Shown piece by piece: positions 12,268 to 26,624 of a stretch of 64,000 nt of DNA. This stretch comes from Podarcis bocagei. Its lineage: Eukaryota. A program made the position numbers and the translations under genes. The first letter of the stretch is position 1. Each line of letters begins with the position of its first letter. Under the pieces are notes generated by a model that saw only the letters and a program-made list of their open reading frames with translations, did no database searches and had not been told where the DNA came from. The DNA lies in assembly GCA_964188305.1 (NCBI GenBank), contig OZ076888.1, one strand, 5' to 3'.

Positions 12268-15200
12268 TCAAGTTTTCACAACAAAATTTATTAGAAGAAT
12301 AGTGGTTCTGAAAAGTCTAGCATCCAGTGAAAACTACCATACACGTTACAGCTGGGAATGTGTTTTCAAAATGACATGGCCAAAGAATACAACAGGGCTG
12401 TTAAACCCTTACACATGCACAACGAGAGAATCAGCGCTTTTGACATACAATGCAAAAAAAAAAAAAAAGTGGACCACGTGAATTAAAAATTTATAAGTAC
12501 TTATCACATACATTAAGACACAGCTTATTTAGTCCAGTCAAAAAATCAGAACTGCATTAAAAATTAAATGTAGTGCAATCAAACCAAAACCTTAATTTGT
12601 GATCATAAGTGCTCTACTACATAAAATGTTGATCATAGCAAGGAACAAAAAAGTTCAAATCACACAGTACAAAAAAAATCTGTAAATAAATACAAACTAC
12701 AGTACAAGAGAAATATTAAATTATACAATTCCGTCAAACTGTAAACAGTATATTGAAATGAGGTCCATAGATTAAAAAGGGGGTTCCTGCTTTATTTTTC
12801 CATGACACTTGTACTTTTAGAGGTCTGTGAAAAATGCCATTTTTCCATACTCTACATAAATAGAACTTTCTAAGGTGTAAAGCATCAAATAATAAAGCAG
12901 AGGCATTGCTGACGCACAGTTACGGTGAAATTAATGCTGGTGCGAGCAGCAGGCTTTATTTTAATGTGTTACACACATGCTCAGCAAACAGACCCACCAC
13001 TACAGGCGTGAAATGCCAACACACTCACAATTAGTGCGCGGCACAAGAGGTGACACGCCCGACAAGGAGCATAAAGGTAGGCGCAATCATGTGCTCCCAC
13101 AATCTATGTGCTGCTGCTGATTATTTGAAAGTTTTACACTCTTGCCATAAAACACCAACTTTGGCAGAAGGGTTACTAATAAACTCAAGCCCATCTGGCC
13201 CATTGGCTTCCATCACAGTGGCCAGTGCACAGAATTCCTAGAGACATTGCATAACTAGAATGTAGAGGTCAGACACCCAAGGGCCAGGGCTCAAGTTTAG
13301 AAGTACCTGGGATGAAGGAGAAACCACAGCCGTACTGAGAAGCTGCCCCTGTTCCATTTACAGGGACAGCCAGGAATGTATTTGACATTAGCTGTGCTGG
13401 CTTGGTAGTGGCATTTTTAAATATATACGTTTAAGATTACATATATAATATATATGTATATAACATAATACACATACTATAGATAGAAATTTCTTACAAT
13501 ACATAATTATCAGGAACCCCCATGCGATCTTGCTCAGTAGTAATAACTGAATATACAGAATGCCACTACGTGTCTGAGGCACTGCGTGCTGGAGAGTAAT
13601 ATGCAGCTTTAAAATCCGTTTGGCTGAGTTATACCTGGATACCTGAACTGAGTTTAAGTTGACATTCATCAAGGATGTGCTATTAGCACATCAAAAGAAA
13701 AGCAAAAACAAAATACAAGTCACTGCTAGGTTTAAGAATAGTGTACAAGTACCTGAATTGAGTGAGGGTAGTGTGTAAACTGTCCCTGAGGGTTTTCAAA
13801 CAGTGTGTGTACAAGCTGGAATCCTAAGCACGTTAGTTTATAACTTACACTGCGGACTGATAAAATACCAACATTTGACAATTTAACAAGTGGAGGTTAG
13901 AAAGAGTTATGAGCAAACACTCAAAACATATTTATACATGTTTAAGCAGCAGTAAGCTGCTGTAAGCAAAAATCCCATGGATATAACCACCCAATGGGAC
14001 TCTGAGAGGCTGCAGTCTGTAATCTGTTTTTCTGATGCTAGGGCATATGACAGCCGCCATCTACCCTCTCTCAACAAGTAAAGAAGTTTCACCTGCTAAT
14101 GTAGAATGCACCTAGTTACAGACTAGCAATTCAAGATTAGATTTTTAATCAAAGACTTTCCTATTACATACTAAAATCCCTTAAGATCACTAATGCTGGT
14201 ATGCTAATCTAGTTAGTTTTTTTTTTTTAATTTCCCCCTTCATTTAAGAAATATACCATTCGACAACTTAAACATTAAGATCCATTTTCAGTCCTCTGAT
14301 GTAAAAAGCATGTCAGTGAATTTATATTAAAAATTTACATGGTAAAAAGGCTTGAATTTCAGCCAAAGATTCTAAATACTGCTCATTCCCTGAAGACAAA
14401 AGGGAGAGAGAGAATCCCTACCCATTTTCCTAGTGATATACTTTCAAACTGAGCACTACACAATGGTCTAAAACTATTCTTCATTTGGGAAACTTTACCT
14501 AGCCTCCCCCATTTAGATCCCAAACCTTAAAGCCCTGAAATGGTCTACTGAAATGTTTAATTAAAATATCATGTGAGTACACCCAGAAGCTGCCTGAACA
14601 TTATAAAATTCCTGGACTGAAACTTTTACAGTACCTTAGACTCTGAAGACCAGATAAATTAAGACTCTAGTTGTAACAGTAAAAGTGCTGAAAGGTCCCT
14701 TTTCTGTCTTTTTTTTAAAAAACAACAACAACAGGTCAGACAAGTGCTTTAATGGTCTATCTATCTTTCTATCAAGTCTGTAAAGGTCTGATGAGTGTAG
14801 CACCAAATGTGAGGTACATTAGAGGCTGAAGTGGCATGTCCACAATTTTAGAGTGGGAGAGGAAATACTTAAGTCAGATTTTTATAAACTAGCGACCAAA
14901 GACGCAATGTATTTATTGTATAGAGAGATGGAACATCTAATCTTCTAAGGATCTTTTTTAAAAAAAACTTTGTATTAATAAAAACGGATTGTGCAATCAG
15001 GTTAATAATTTGAGAATTTTATAATGAATGTTTTCAGGCCATTACCTAATTGCAGGTAATTTTGCAGGCTTGAAAATATTACTGACTTATACAAACTGAC
15101 TAAATCAAATCTAGATATCTGTCAGAAAGATGCTGCAGTGGCCAACAACTTGAGTTTTTATTTCTCTGGAATTTTGAGTGCATCTGTGGATTATTTTAGG

Positions 15201-18200
15201 TGCCTACATAGATTCATCCACAAATTTGCAAAAAGTAACATTACAATACTTGTTACATCCAATTAAACTGCATCTGCATAATTTTAGACTTCAACAAAAG
15301 CTTGCTCACTTGCAAAATTTCAGTTTATGACTAGATATTCTATGGTGTATTTCCAAGGAAGTTGCCAAGTTCTACATTTGAGAACTCCATAAGGCTAAAG
15401 GGCCAAAAGACGCACATCTCTAAATCCTTCCCTCTCTTCCAAGCCCTAGATCAGGCCCAGACCCTGGTCAGTCTGCAGCTCCTTCCTTCTGCCTATCAGC
15501 CCACGATGTCAGAGGCCCAAATATCTACAACTGCATTCTTCTCTTTGTCTCCTTTGGACCTAATGCGAAGCTGCAAGCTTTTGATGGAAGGAGTGAACAG
15601 AAAATCTCTATCTCTAGTACACCAAATTCTCCATCAGTGATTTTCTGTTCACAATCTTGAACTGCCCAGATTTGGCCAACCCTGGTATATATCACGACAA
15701 TTTAACAAACTGTTCACTTATCAAAAAAACTTGGAAAGCACAGATATAATGACCATATTTGGGCATAATGTTAAACTATGGTTTAGTATTATGCGAATGA
15801 GCCTCACCTCCTGTCGGGCTCATGTATTTCCTCTCCTCATTCCTGCTGCACAGCAGGGAAGAATTTAAAAGCTTTGGTTTGCTTTTAGTTAAGTAGGGTG
15901 TGCCGCTTCATCCTAACTGGGGATTGTTGTCTAACACTAACTTTGGCTAACGTCACGAAGCCAGGTACTTAACTCATGGTTTGAAAGTGGCTTATTTTTA
16001 AACTAACCAGTCTGTGTTGAACCACAAACCCTAGCTTGAATGAAACATACCACAGTTAACTAAAACCAAAAGCAAATGTTTCTGAGCTCCTTCTGTAGAA
16101 AGTGTGGAGAGAAGGAGAGAACATGCGAATTTAGAAGGAGACTAGACTTGTTAAAATGGTGCTAAATCACAGTGTTTTAAAATTCAACTATGAAAGCCAT
16201 TAGACACCCATGTGTTATAAAAGCCAACTGCAAAATGTGTAATTTGCAGACAGCAGGGAAGTTGATTTTTTTAATTACATTTCTGAAACTGCGAGGGAGA
16301 AATGCAAAACATGCCTGATCCACAAAGAATGGACACCCTATAACTTCCTAGAAGCACCTATTTTTTTGCCTGAAAACATATGGAAAAAAATATTTTTATG
16401 TCAAGTTTATCTTTTCAAGACTGCCCAAGTCCTTCAAGCAGCCTTGGCTAATATGTGAACCATTCCACTATGGGGCTGAAAGCTAGACTTTTAAAAGTTT
16501 CTGTTTTAGAGTTCTAGCAAAGTGCTTTTGGATAAGAAAGGGGGATGCTAGGAATGCTTCCCCAACCCACTCAGGTCCCATGCCTTTATCCTCTTTATCA
16601 CCTCTGAGACACTCAGAGACTTTAGGAAGATTTCATCCTAAATTTATTATACATGGAGGGTGGAATCTGCTTTTCCCTGTCAACACCTCAATTAAATTTG
16701 ACTCCCTTTCCATTTTTTTGGCTTGCTAAGGAGCTTACCATGAGACATCAATAGCATGATGTCAATGAGATCACAAATACAGCCAATGTGTGGAGGTTTT
16801 CATGGGAAAACATTTTTTTTTAAAAAAAATGCATAAATAATTCCTGACAGTTTCTGAGCAATCATGGTGTCATCTGAGATCATAGTTCAAACTGCCTCAT
16901 CATTTGTCAATATGCTTTGGGGTAAGCCACAGGAAACAAAGCAGACCTGAACCACTACCATGTTTATAAGGTACATCTCATTCTTAAAGGATAATGAAAA
17001 TTTATTTCAGATTTGCATTAGAAAATATTTAAGAAAACATTCAGACTAGGCCTTTCCTTTGGAGGCAGAGCAGCAGGCAGTATGGAGCAGTCCTAGGGCC
17101 ATACAGAAGCAAGGGCATATTCTTGGGGCATTTGGCTAATGCAAGAAGAGGATCTTCGTGCCCCTGGAGGAGTTATCTTTCAATTCTTTTAATAAACTCA
17201 GGAGTTTGGAGATTATATATATGTATATATATATATAGTAAGGGCAACAGTCCAAACCCTACAACTTCCATTCTTTATAGCTGTAGTGAAAACAAAAAGG
17301 CCTGGGGCACAGAAAATGAGGTTCTAGAATGGCTGACAGAGGTAATAGTGTATCAGATCGCCAGGAAAGAGCTTTTATATTTTACAGATCCAAGTAAAAA
17401 CTGATACATTTTCTACACACTGGGCTCGCTCCACAGAACTGCACAATAATTAACTCCACACTTGTACCCCTACAACACTAAGCCTTACTCATCTGTATAA
17501 CCTGCTGTAGCAAAAGGTCACCAAGCAACATCTAAATTCCAGTACAATAGTGAACTTGATTTTAAACGTTACACAAACACACTCTAACATTAGTCTTCTA
17601 GGCTGGGAGTAGAGGGAGAACCTATCCTTCATGATACCTGGTCTGTATAAGCAGAGGCTGCCACAAATACTGTTCACAGTTTCATTCTGTCATCCAGGTG
17701 CACATGACACCATCAACAGATACACAATAATTCCACCAAATTTTGGTTCTGGATCTAACACACATGTGATCAAAATGTCCAGTTCTTCCTCCCAAAGACT
17801 TCACCATCTCTGGAGCATTGCACTTGGCTTGTCCCCTTAATATGCTCTCAAAAACGACAGGGAAAACAAGGCCTAAGCCCTATGTCTTGCGCAAGTTACA
17901 TGAGCATCCATTTACTGGAAAACAGGAGAAAACAAGGCTTCTCTTACAAAGACAGCAGCGAACCACATCTTCCCACATCAAACTATGGTCAGTTGAGGAT
18001 TTTGGCCATGCAAACTTCTGTTCAGCAGAAAATTAAGCATGCTAATGGATAAACACTGATTTCATTTTTTCCTAACAGCAAAGATGCTTCCAAATGCTAC
18101 TCAAAGCTGCACCAAAGGCGTCTGTCAGAGCAGTCTTACTTCAGTGAATCACTTAGGATCTAGAGTGAGATACAGTCACAGGATGAGCCACCTGGGCAAA

Positions 18201-21080
18201 AACAGGTGAGATGAAGTCTTAAACAAAAGTTAAACATTAAAAAGGTGCACCTGAATATTACAGACTAAGTTTACAAAACCTACAATAAGGTAAAATATAG
18301 ATATATTTATATCTTTTGAATATTCAGCAGCTTTTTGTTTATTTTTGAGAGGCTTCTGAAATTTTAGAAAGGGACAACTAACTAATTTCAACCATGCTTC
18401 ACAAAACAATAATGGCTATTTTATATTGCAATTACGAAAGTAATGCAATTAGTGCTTTAAAAATAACCTACTTTTTCCTTTTCTTTTTTTAAGCAGAGAC
18501 CTTTTGAGGAAATATGGTTGTTCCAAAGCTTCTGGGATTTTTTTTTTACCTGAATAGGAAGTGATCACAGATATTAAGTGTTATATTTCAAAGCTTTGCA
18601 GATAGGAATCTTACAATCGTCAGGTCCCAGGACTTTTATCTGAGAAAATTAAGTGTTTGGTTGTTTAATTCATTTTCTAACCAAAGCAATAAGAATACGC
18701 AACTATCACTATCTATTTACAGTTCTCAACCTATGGTCTGAAATGACGTACAAGTAGTTCTCTTTCTAAACTGCAGCATTAAAGGGTAGGCACACCATTT
18801 TTCTGCTGCACGATTGTCATCCACTTAATGATACACATAGAAAATATTTAGGTAAGTAAAATGAGCACTCCACATACACTATGACAAGGTTTTACGGAAC
18901 TCAACTCATACATCACTTAAATAAAAACAGCCACAAAAGGTTAAACCTCTGACAGTAAAACTCTATGCAAGTGTTACACTTCTAGCTTGCAGCAAATCTT
19001 CTCCCACACTTTCAATAGCAGATGAAACCACAAATTTAAAACAGTGCATTTTTATTGCAATTTCCAGAAAAACTGGAGTATATTGCAGAGTTTCTACACC
19101 ACTATGGAGCTTCAAACAGGTTTCTGTACTGAGATGACACCTAGATAGCTAAAGGAACTCTGCTTTTGAGTATGGAAACACATTAAGCTACCAAAACAAA
19201 AAGAAAAGTCTAAGAACAGTAGTACAAAGCATATCTGGGCCAAAAGCCCAGTCTCTCTCAAGAATGAGAAGTGCATATTTAACACGACAGCAATGGTGTG
19301 CCTAACCTTTGAATACAGTGGGTTACTGGGAAGCAATCAACCAATCAAGAAGGCCAACTCAATTAATTGCCCCCAAATTCAAGCAGCAGCCCTGGGGCTA
19401 TCTAGGCCTTCTTCCTATGAATCTTAGCATCCACTTTCAGTCATTAACACAGGATAACTAATTAAGAACAGTGCTCAAATGATGTCTCACATACAAATTC
19501 CATTGCCTCTTTTGGTTGTGCAAAGCAGTAGAGTGGAGTCTTACCAATCTTTTGCACAGCTAAGATTAAATTGTTTCTCTACCCAAAGAACCATTAAGTC
19601 TGATTCAGTGAAGCTGCAAGTCCAGAAAGCTTTATTTAAAGCTTAACATGTAAGAGTGTTCAGATGCCTCTGCAACTAACAAGACTGAACTGTGGATTTA
19701 GGAGTGCTAGTGGTGATCTGCCTATGCGAGTGTGTGCTAGTCCCCTATTAAAATCAATAGTGGATGAAATAAAAACAGAAATTCAGGATATGCAAGCACA
19801 TTTCCTGCTACTGGCAACTGTAGTATTTAAAAAGGAAACACCCATTGGGTGTTCAACCCTGACAGTGTTACAACTAGATAAGATGCTCAGCCTAAGTCAG
19901 ACCAGAGTGATCTGATAATGGGTTTTATTAAAATTTGTAAAAATTTCTTCCCTGAACATTAACATAGATCCTTCATTTACATGACTATTTAGGCAGACTA
20001 TTGAGGTTGTATGTTTAGAGATCAGTTGGTTTGATGAGGATTTTTGTTTGTTTTTTGCCCAAAATTACAGTAAGCTGTTATATGTATTCCTGACTCCCAG
20101 AAGAGAGTTCTTTAAACGAGATGTTGGAAACGCACAGTTTAGCAAACTCAGAATCCAGTCTGTTAAAAAGCACGTAGGTCACAAAAAAGCCATTATTTTG
20201 TTAAAGTGAGGAATACCCTAGTATATCATTCAATGTACCCTGATGCTCCTGAATGGAGTGTTGAGATAAGGCTACATCCTCAAGCAGGCAAGCTGAACTC
20301 TCTCGCCTTTGCAAAAGAGCAAACACAATTACAGTGAAGGTAGTGTTCCAAAGGAATGAACCAAAGCATTCTGAAGGTAGTGTATGTAAGGTTCCCCCAT
20401 CCCACTCCCACCCGCCCCGCCGGGTGAGCACTAAGCAGATTGCAAATAGTAAAGGAGGAGTTGAATTTAAAACAAAATGGCTCCGATTAGACCCAATTGA
20501 CTAGGAATCCAATCACTAATCACTGAATTCAAAATGACTAGCCATACTTAAAAAGGTTAAACTCTCTTTCAAGCCAACTGGATCGAAGAAGAAAAAAACT
20601 GTGAAAGCCTAATTATAAGCAATTATCCAGTTTTTGTTTCACAAGTCTGGTACTAGAGCTCAAGAAAGTGATTTTTTTTAAAAGGCCATATGAAGAAAGC
20701 AAACCCAATAAAATAACTGAAAGTCCATGCAGGCTCAAGAGGCAAACAGTCCACTTCCATGTCTGCATTCTTTGTGAGGTAACTCAATTCTCTATAGAAT
20801 ATTAGAGAAACATGCAAAAGGCCAAAAAAAAATATCCCCCAACAACAAAACAAAACAAAAACACAAAAGAGGGCTCTAAGCCATTCCGGGCCAGAAAATT
20901 TACAAATATGCAACATTCAGAGCACCCTTTTCCCCCTGTGTCCACACAAGTCTTTGCTGAACTGCAAAGGAGCATGTCCTGCACCCAGTGACTGAAGAGG
21001 AGTTGGGTACATACAGCAGGAGTTGAACAATGCCATAGTGCTCACCCAGTTTATAATGTAATTGGCACTCTACAACATCC
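12268..21080 (-). other. LCOR: Probable long LCOR 3'UTR (about 8.8 kb)
   Basis: Follows the stop codon; nearly free of recognisable repeats compared with the introns; U-rich on the minus strand; ends in a miRNA-site-dense block and an AATAAA. The exact end is inferred. Confidence 0.62.
12287..12292 (-). terminator. Candidate distal polyadenylation signal AATAAA
   Basis: Plus-strand TTTATT. On the minus strand it is followed about 45 nt later by GU/U-rich GTGTCTTTTT. Confidence 0.6.
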
Positions 21081-22050
21081 CTAATCATCCTTTGACTCAT
21101 TCGCACTCTGTGCTGCCTCTCCCTGGGGATCTATCTCAAGCTTTACAGAGACATCCTGTCCCTCCGGCCGCATTAATTTCATTTTTTTCTTTGGAGGGTT
21201 TTTCAAAGTGCCCAGCCTCTCTTTCACTTTATATTCCAGGGTGCTATGGGGAATCCCATAAATACTCTGAGCTTTGGAGACGCTCATTTTCCCACTCATC
21301 ACCACAGAGATCGCTTCTTCCAATATCTCACTGTTGTACTGTCTGTATCTGCCTCTTTTCTTCCGAGGTTGCTTAGAGCCAGGATCTCCCTCTTGATCAG
21401 AGGTGGGATATGGCTGTCCAGAGGTAGATTGCTCAGCATCTGAGCCCCAGGAGTCTGGTCCGGGATCCAGCAAGCTCCTTCTGTTTTGTTTCGGAAGGAT
21501 AGCCCTTAACTTTTTACTAAGCGCGCTCTCCGTTTGTGAACCCATCACCAAAGAGCTATAGCTATACTGGTCGCCAGAACGTGACTCCCATGAAAGGTCC
21601 ATGCCTCGAACTTGTGGTATCTTTAAATCCACAGGAGTTGAATGGCTCATGTCCTTTTTCCCATCCTGTTTAGTTTGAAGTGCCATTTTTTGAAAGGCTG
21701 AATTTTCTGTAAGAAAAGGAAGGTCACTGATGTTGCTGAGTGCACCGTTTCCCCTGAATTTCATTCGGGTGAAGTTGAATTCGTAGTGTGGTTTTGCCCA
21801 AGAAGCCTCCCTGGATAGTATCATGTGCTGTCCGTGATTCTGCAGCCCAGACGGCCCATGGCTGGCAGCTGTAGCATGCTGGTTTCTGCTCAGCAGTTCT
21901 TCGCTTATCTGCAGTGATCGAGCCAATGGAACTTTGAGAGATGTGGAGTGGCCAGACCCTTCCCTCGTTCCATCCTGCCAACTTCTCGGGGGCACCCCAT
22001 CACCACTCCGAAGTCCCTCTGCATGGTGCTGGCTGGGTCTCCCAGGTCGC
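21081..22050 (-). CDS. LCOR: LCOR terminal coding exon: Pipsqueak-type helix-turn-helix domain, basic NLS-like segments, stop codon
   Basis: ORF 21081..22091 contains KQPRKKRGRYRQYNSEILEEAISVVMSGKMSVSKAQSIYGIPHSTLEYKVKER. Acceptor ccatccaattag|G at 22050. 238+94+970 = 1302 nt gives 433 aa, the length of canonical LCOR. Confidence 0.97.
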
Positions 22051-23460
22051 CTAATTGGATGGAAGGAAACTGATGTGAGCAGGACTTGCACAGGTAGGGA
22101 GGAATGGGTGAGGGGGCCACTCCTTTATTAGAAGACCTTGCTTGGGTAACATCACTTTTGTGGGTTTTTATTTTTATTTTTTTAAGTCTCAGCAGTCAGT
22201 TTTTTAAAAAATTGTTCAAAAATAAAGAGAAGCTTTTTGGGCAAAGAAAAACGAAACCTGTCAGCTGGTCTTTGGTTGGGTTCACAAAATCTTGGAGCAG
22301 AAAAGGCTTCGCGCAAGTGTCTGAAAATAGCATCTTAATTATAGATTAGAAAGGAATAATCATTTGCTAGAGTCTATTCACGACTGTATTACTAGTGTGA
22401 CGTTACCACTAAACAAGTACAGTAATAAAAGAGTAAGCCAAGTGACAAAATGCAGCAAATTCAACACGCATACTCTCACACACCAGCCACCTGCACTTTT
22501 TATAAAATGCTGAAAGCTCTGGAGGGCATGGATTAACACTATATATGCTAAAGTTGCTGCTCAGCATCAAGAGCGCTCAGCAGAACTCAAAGGTGTTTGC
22601 TTATTTTGCATTAAACATTAGAACAGAAAAACGGAATGGTTCTCAAATAAAAATGTTGCACAAATTCAGACTCCAGTTCCTTTTAAAATTAATCATAAGT
22701 CACATAAATATCAATTTGATTCTGTTTTTCACATGCCTAGGTAAAGAAGCAGGATATTTTCTTGCCACATATGTATTATTTATTACGCTCTTTCCAACTT
22801 TACTGATTAAACAGATCCAGGTTAAATCTATTTTTTAAAAAGAGTATGATATACAGTCTAATCAGACTATCAATCTTGTTTTATGCACACAATTATTTCA
22901 ATTCCTGTAAATAATATGAACAAAAAGTATGCAATGCATTCTTGGTACTTTGCTCATTAAGATGATTACTGTGTATATCCTATCTAGCAAACAGCCTTTA
23001 TATATTCACAGACCCCTTTAACCTAGCCATCTGAGATATGTATTTTAGGACCCACCTTACTCTCTCTACTGTAATTTGTATTTCAATATTGTATTTTTAC
23101 ATTTTTGTAACCTGCCCTAGGACCTCATGATGAAGGGCAGGTAAGAAATCTAATCAACAACAACAATAACGACAACGACAACAACAACAACGTACAGAAG
23201 ATTTGGATGCATAGCAAGGCAGAAGGAAGAACTTACATTCAAGTTTGGACTTCCTAATTCTTTAGCAAATGCCTATTAAACATTGCTCAGAATTTGAAGA
23301 TTCTTAATTTGGTAACGAACAGTCCACATGAATTCTGAACAAGAACCACCCCAGTGTCAAGGGAAATAATAAATTTCTACCAGAACTTTAAACATGCATT
23401 GAATATTTCAGCTAGTTCTAAAACAGTGAATCGCTGTCCAGATATAAAGATTAACTAGCG

Positions 23461-23596
23461 CAGGCTTCTTCAAACTCGGCCCTCCAGATGTTTTGAGACT
23501 ACAATTCCTATCATCCCTGAACACTGGTCCTGCTAGCTAGGGATCATGGGAGTTGTAGGTCAAAAACATCTGAAGGGCAGAGTTTGAGGAAGCCTG
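23461..23596. mobile_element. Palindromic hAT MITE (URR1-like)
   Basis: TIR CAGGCTTCTTCAAACTC / GAGTTTGAGGAAGCCTG; the whole element folds back; 8-bp TSD aactagcg / aactagca. Confidence 0.8.
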
Positions 23597-25071
23597 AACT
23601 AGCACTTTGAAAGACAAAGGGCAATAGTTAACTGGCATTTAACTTAACAGTACAAAGCAGAAACACATGCTGATCTCTTGAAGATGCTTTCAGTCAGCCA
23701 TGTAGGAACACTTTTTTGTTTTAAATGCACAGAACCTGTTAGAATATTCAGAAAGGGAACAGAAATTGATATTCTCCTTCACAAGACAGTATTTAGAGTT
23801 CTGACATACAGGGTTAAGTAATATATCCATGTTGTGAGGAATTTAAATGTCTCTTTTGCAGTTATAAGTCAGTGACTGTCAACAATGGTTATTTTTATAT
23901 CACTAGAAGTCCAGCAACTTGAAGATTATGTAATTCCACATCTATATTCAGCCGCTTAATATTCTAAAGGCTGATTAGCTTTAAAATTATACAAAAAATG
24001 TATTCTATCGCAGCATTTTAAAGTATCACCCCAAATTTCTTTATTCTCATGTATCTTCTCCCTATCAGCACATGCAACAAAAATACAAAGTTGATGGGAT
24101 TGTATAACCTTCACCCAAAAAAATTTGCACCCAGAAACTGTCTACTAGTCTAATAATAGTATAGTATTTGGAATGTTTGAATTATTGAGTATTCATCTTG
24201 GAAACAGCTCCAAGGTAAGTAATTACAAATCTGTCATATATCTAATGAGCCATTAGAAAACAAATGGAATTATAGCACTGTACTATAATAGTAGGTTATA
24301 CAAAAAAAAAAAAAAATCCTAACAAATATTTTACAATTCTTGCTCAACCACTATCTTTACTTTAGTGGCCTTGTCTAGTCATTCTGACTACTAAAGGAAA
24401 CACTGTTTGGTTTGCTGATCTATTCAAACTAGGCAGCCATCATCCCATCCTATCAAAGGCTGAGATCGGGTTCAGATACTTATCAAGCCTCATGTGATCA
24501 CCTGTGGGATGTGCATGGAACTACCAAAGGTTCACAACCCAACAAAGATCATGTGCAGCCACTGGTTGTATGACCTGATACCCCCATACATGAAGCCACT
24601 GAAACTGCATTGTGATAAAACTTTTTGACTCTCTACAATCATGAAAACTGCAGTAGTCATTTGTATAAGCTTCAAGGGGAAATGGTTGTTCATACAACTG
24701 GCACCCAACATAACCCCTGCCAAGTTGTTAGCCCCCTCATAGGCCCAATGCTCCCATAGTCAAATGCACAGGTGTGGCTGAGCATGTGAACAAAGTCAAA
24801 ATAGTCAAATTTTTAAAAGGTTGAAAGATCATAGCTCTACATTTCATATATCAGGTACAAAACCAAAGTATTCCTGAAATGGAATTAATTTTTCAGTTGA
24901 CTTCATATTTAAGGATTGGAAGAAGGTGTTTTAACAAGATGTAATTATACTCTGAAGGGTTAAATCAACCCTGTCTGTGGAAGCAATAAGGAAGAATTTG
25001 ACCCTCAGTTTGTTGTTATGCAAATAACTTGAGGGGGGTTTTAGCTTAAAAATACTAATAATTTCCCTTAC

Positions 25072-25165
25072 CCATTCCCAGGAGTAGCGGAGCAGCCAGG
25101 TGAATGGCTCAAGGAGGCGCTGCCTGCACATGGACTTTTCTTAGTGGACAGATCAAGTACTCCGT
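25072..25165 (-). CDS. LCOR: LCOR exon, 94 nt: (D)GVLDLSTKKSPCAGSASLSHSPGCSATPGN(G), with second CtBP motif VLDLS
   Basis: Acceptor tgtctctgcag|AC and donor TGG|gtaagg; phase 1 to phase 2; near-identical to the recalled human LCOR peptide. Confidence 0.95.
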
Positions 25166-25862
25166 CTGCAGAGACATGAGAATTACTTGAGAATAGGAAG
25201 AAATTAATAAAACTAAACACACACAAACATACAACTTGGTAAGTTTTTATGGCTGAAACGCTGTCTCAGTTAATCCTGGGTTGCTTTGGAACTTCCTACT
25301 GAACCTCAACCAAAGTCTCTTGACATATCAGCCATTATTTTATTTTCTTTATTTTGTTTTGTTAAGGACATATCGATATGATGACTTTCATTCAATAAAA
25401 TATTAATGGTAGATTAAACAGTATGAACACATTATATCTGAGAGCATAGAATGCAAGTTAATTTCAAAACATAGTTCTCTGTATATACTTCATAATGTCT
25501 GAAAAGTGGATCAAGTTACTTCTTTTTGAGCATGTATACTTCTTGTTATCCACCATACATTCATTAAGATGTAGTCAATGTATTGATAGTTTCAAGTAAG
25601 ACACAAAGGAGAACAGGAAAGAAAAAAACATCTTAACAAGCAGAACCGAAGTTCATGTACCCATAAAAGAAAACTCAACAAGTGTTTAATTCAGGTACTA
25701 CAAATAGGAGCAAGAGTGGAGAATTTATTGCCTTACAATTATTATTGCAAACAAACTGCAGCTTTCATATTAAGTATTTTCTGGGTACACTTCATTTTAT
25801 TTAATATATTTATATTCCATCTTTAAATTTAGCAAAAACAATACAATTTAATGGGATAGCTT

Positions 25863-25985
25863 ACAGGGCACTCTCCAAATGCTGTAGACTACAACTTCTA
25901 TTATCCCTGACCACTGGCCATGTTGGCTGGGGTAATGAGAGTTGTACCCCACAATATCTGGAGTGCACCACTTTGGCTACCACTA
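25863..25985. mobile_element. Degenerate URR1-like hAT MITE
   Basis: Shares the gactacaac...atccctgaccactgg...gagttgta core with 23461-23596. Confidence 0.55.
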
Positions 25986-26305
25986 TTCTTGCTTTTTAAA
26001 AAGTGCTGCAGTCCAGATACTCAGTCCATGAGCTATTCAGTTAGAACAGAGATAACTAGTTCAGCAATGCTAGCCTTGCATGTTCCAAGGCAGTAAAGAA
26101 GATGCTAGAAAGTTATGTGACTGGATTTTTTAAAAGTCATGTAATAATATATTTTGCATTTATAAGTTAATTGTTAGCCATTAGTGGAAGACTAACTAGT
26201 AAGCTTGATGCAATCATTTTTTCTACACAAAGACTACTTACTGCCTATCTCCCATGAAGCTTAAGTATAAACATTCTTAAAAGCTGCACAATTCTGGAAG
26301 GTAAC

Positions 26306-26624
26306 AAGCGTCTCCACCCCCATCGTTCTACCTGGACACTGAGGTCCAGCACCGAGGGCCTTCTGGCAGTTCCCTCACTGCGAGAAGCCAAGTTACAGGG
26401 AACCAGGCAGAGGGCCTTCTCGGTAGTGGCGCCTTCCCTGTGGAACACCCTCCCACCAGATGTCAAAGAGAACAACAACTACCAGGCTTTTAGAAGACAT
26501 CTGAAGGCAGCCCTGTTTCGGGAAGCTTTTAATGTTTGATGTATTATAGTATTTTAATATTCTTTTGGACGCCGCCCAGAGTGGCTGGGGAAGCCCAGCC
26601 AGATGGGCGGGGTATGAATAATAA

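Noticed and set aside
15770-16170. Possible old DNA-transposon remnant inside the 3'UTR (repeated aaccatggttt-like motifs)
   Set aside because: No TIR pair or TSD could be established by eye; needs a repeat-library search.
22051-22091. Single-exon 336-aa gene starting at GTG 22091
   Set aside because: LCOR similarity begins at the acceptor at 22050; the upstream codons are intronic in the main isoform.
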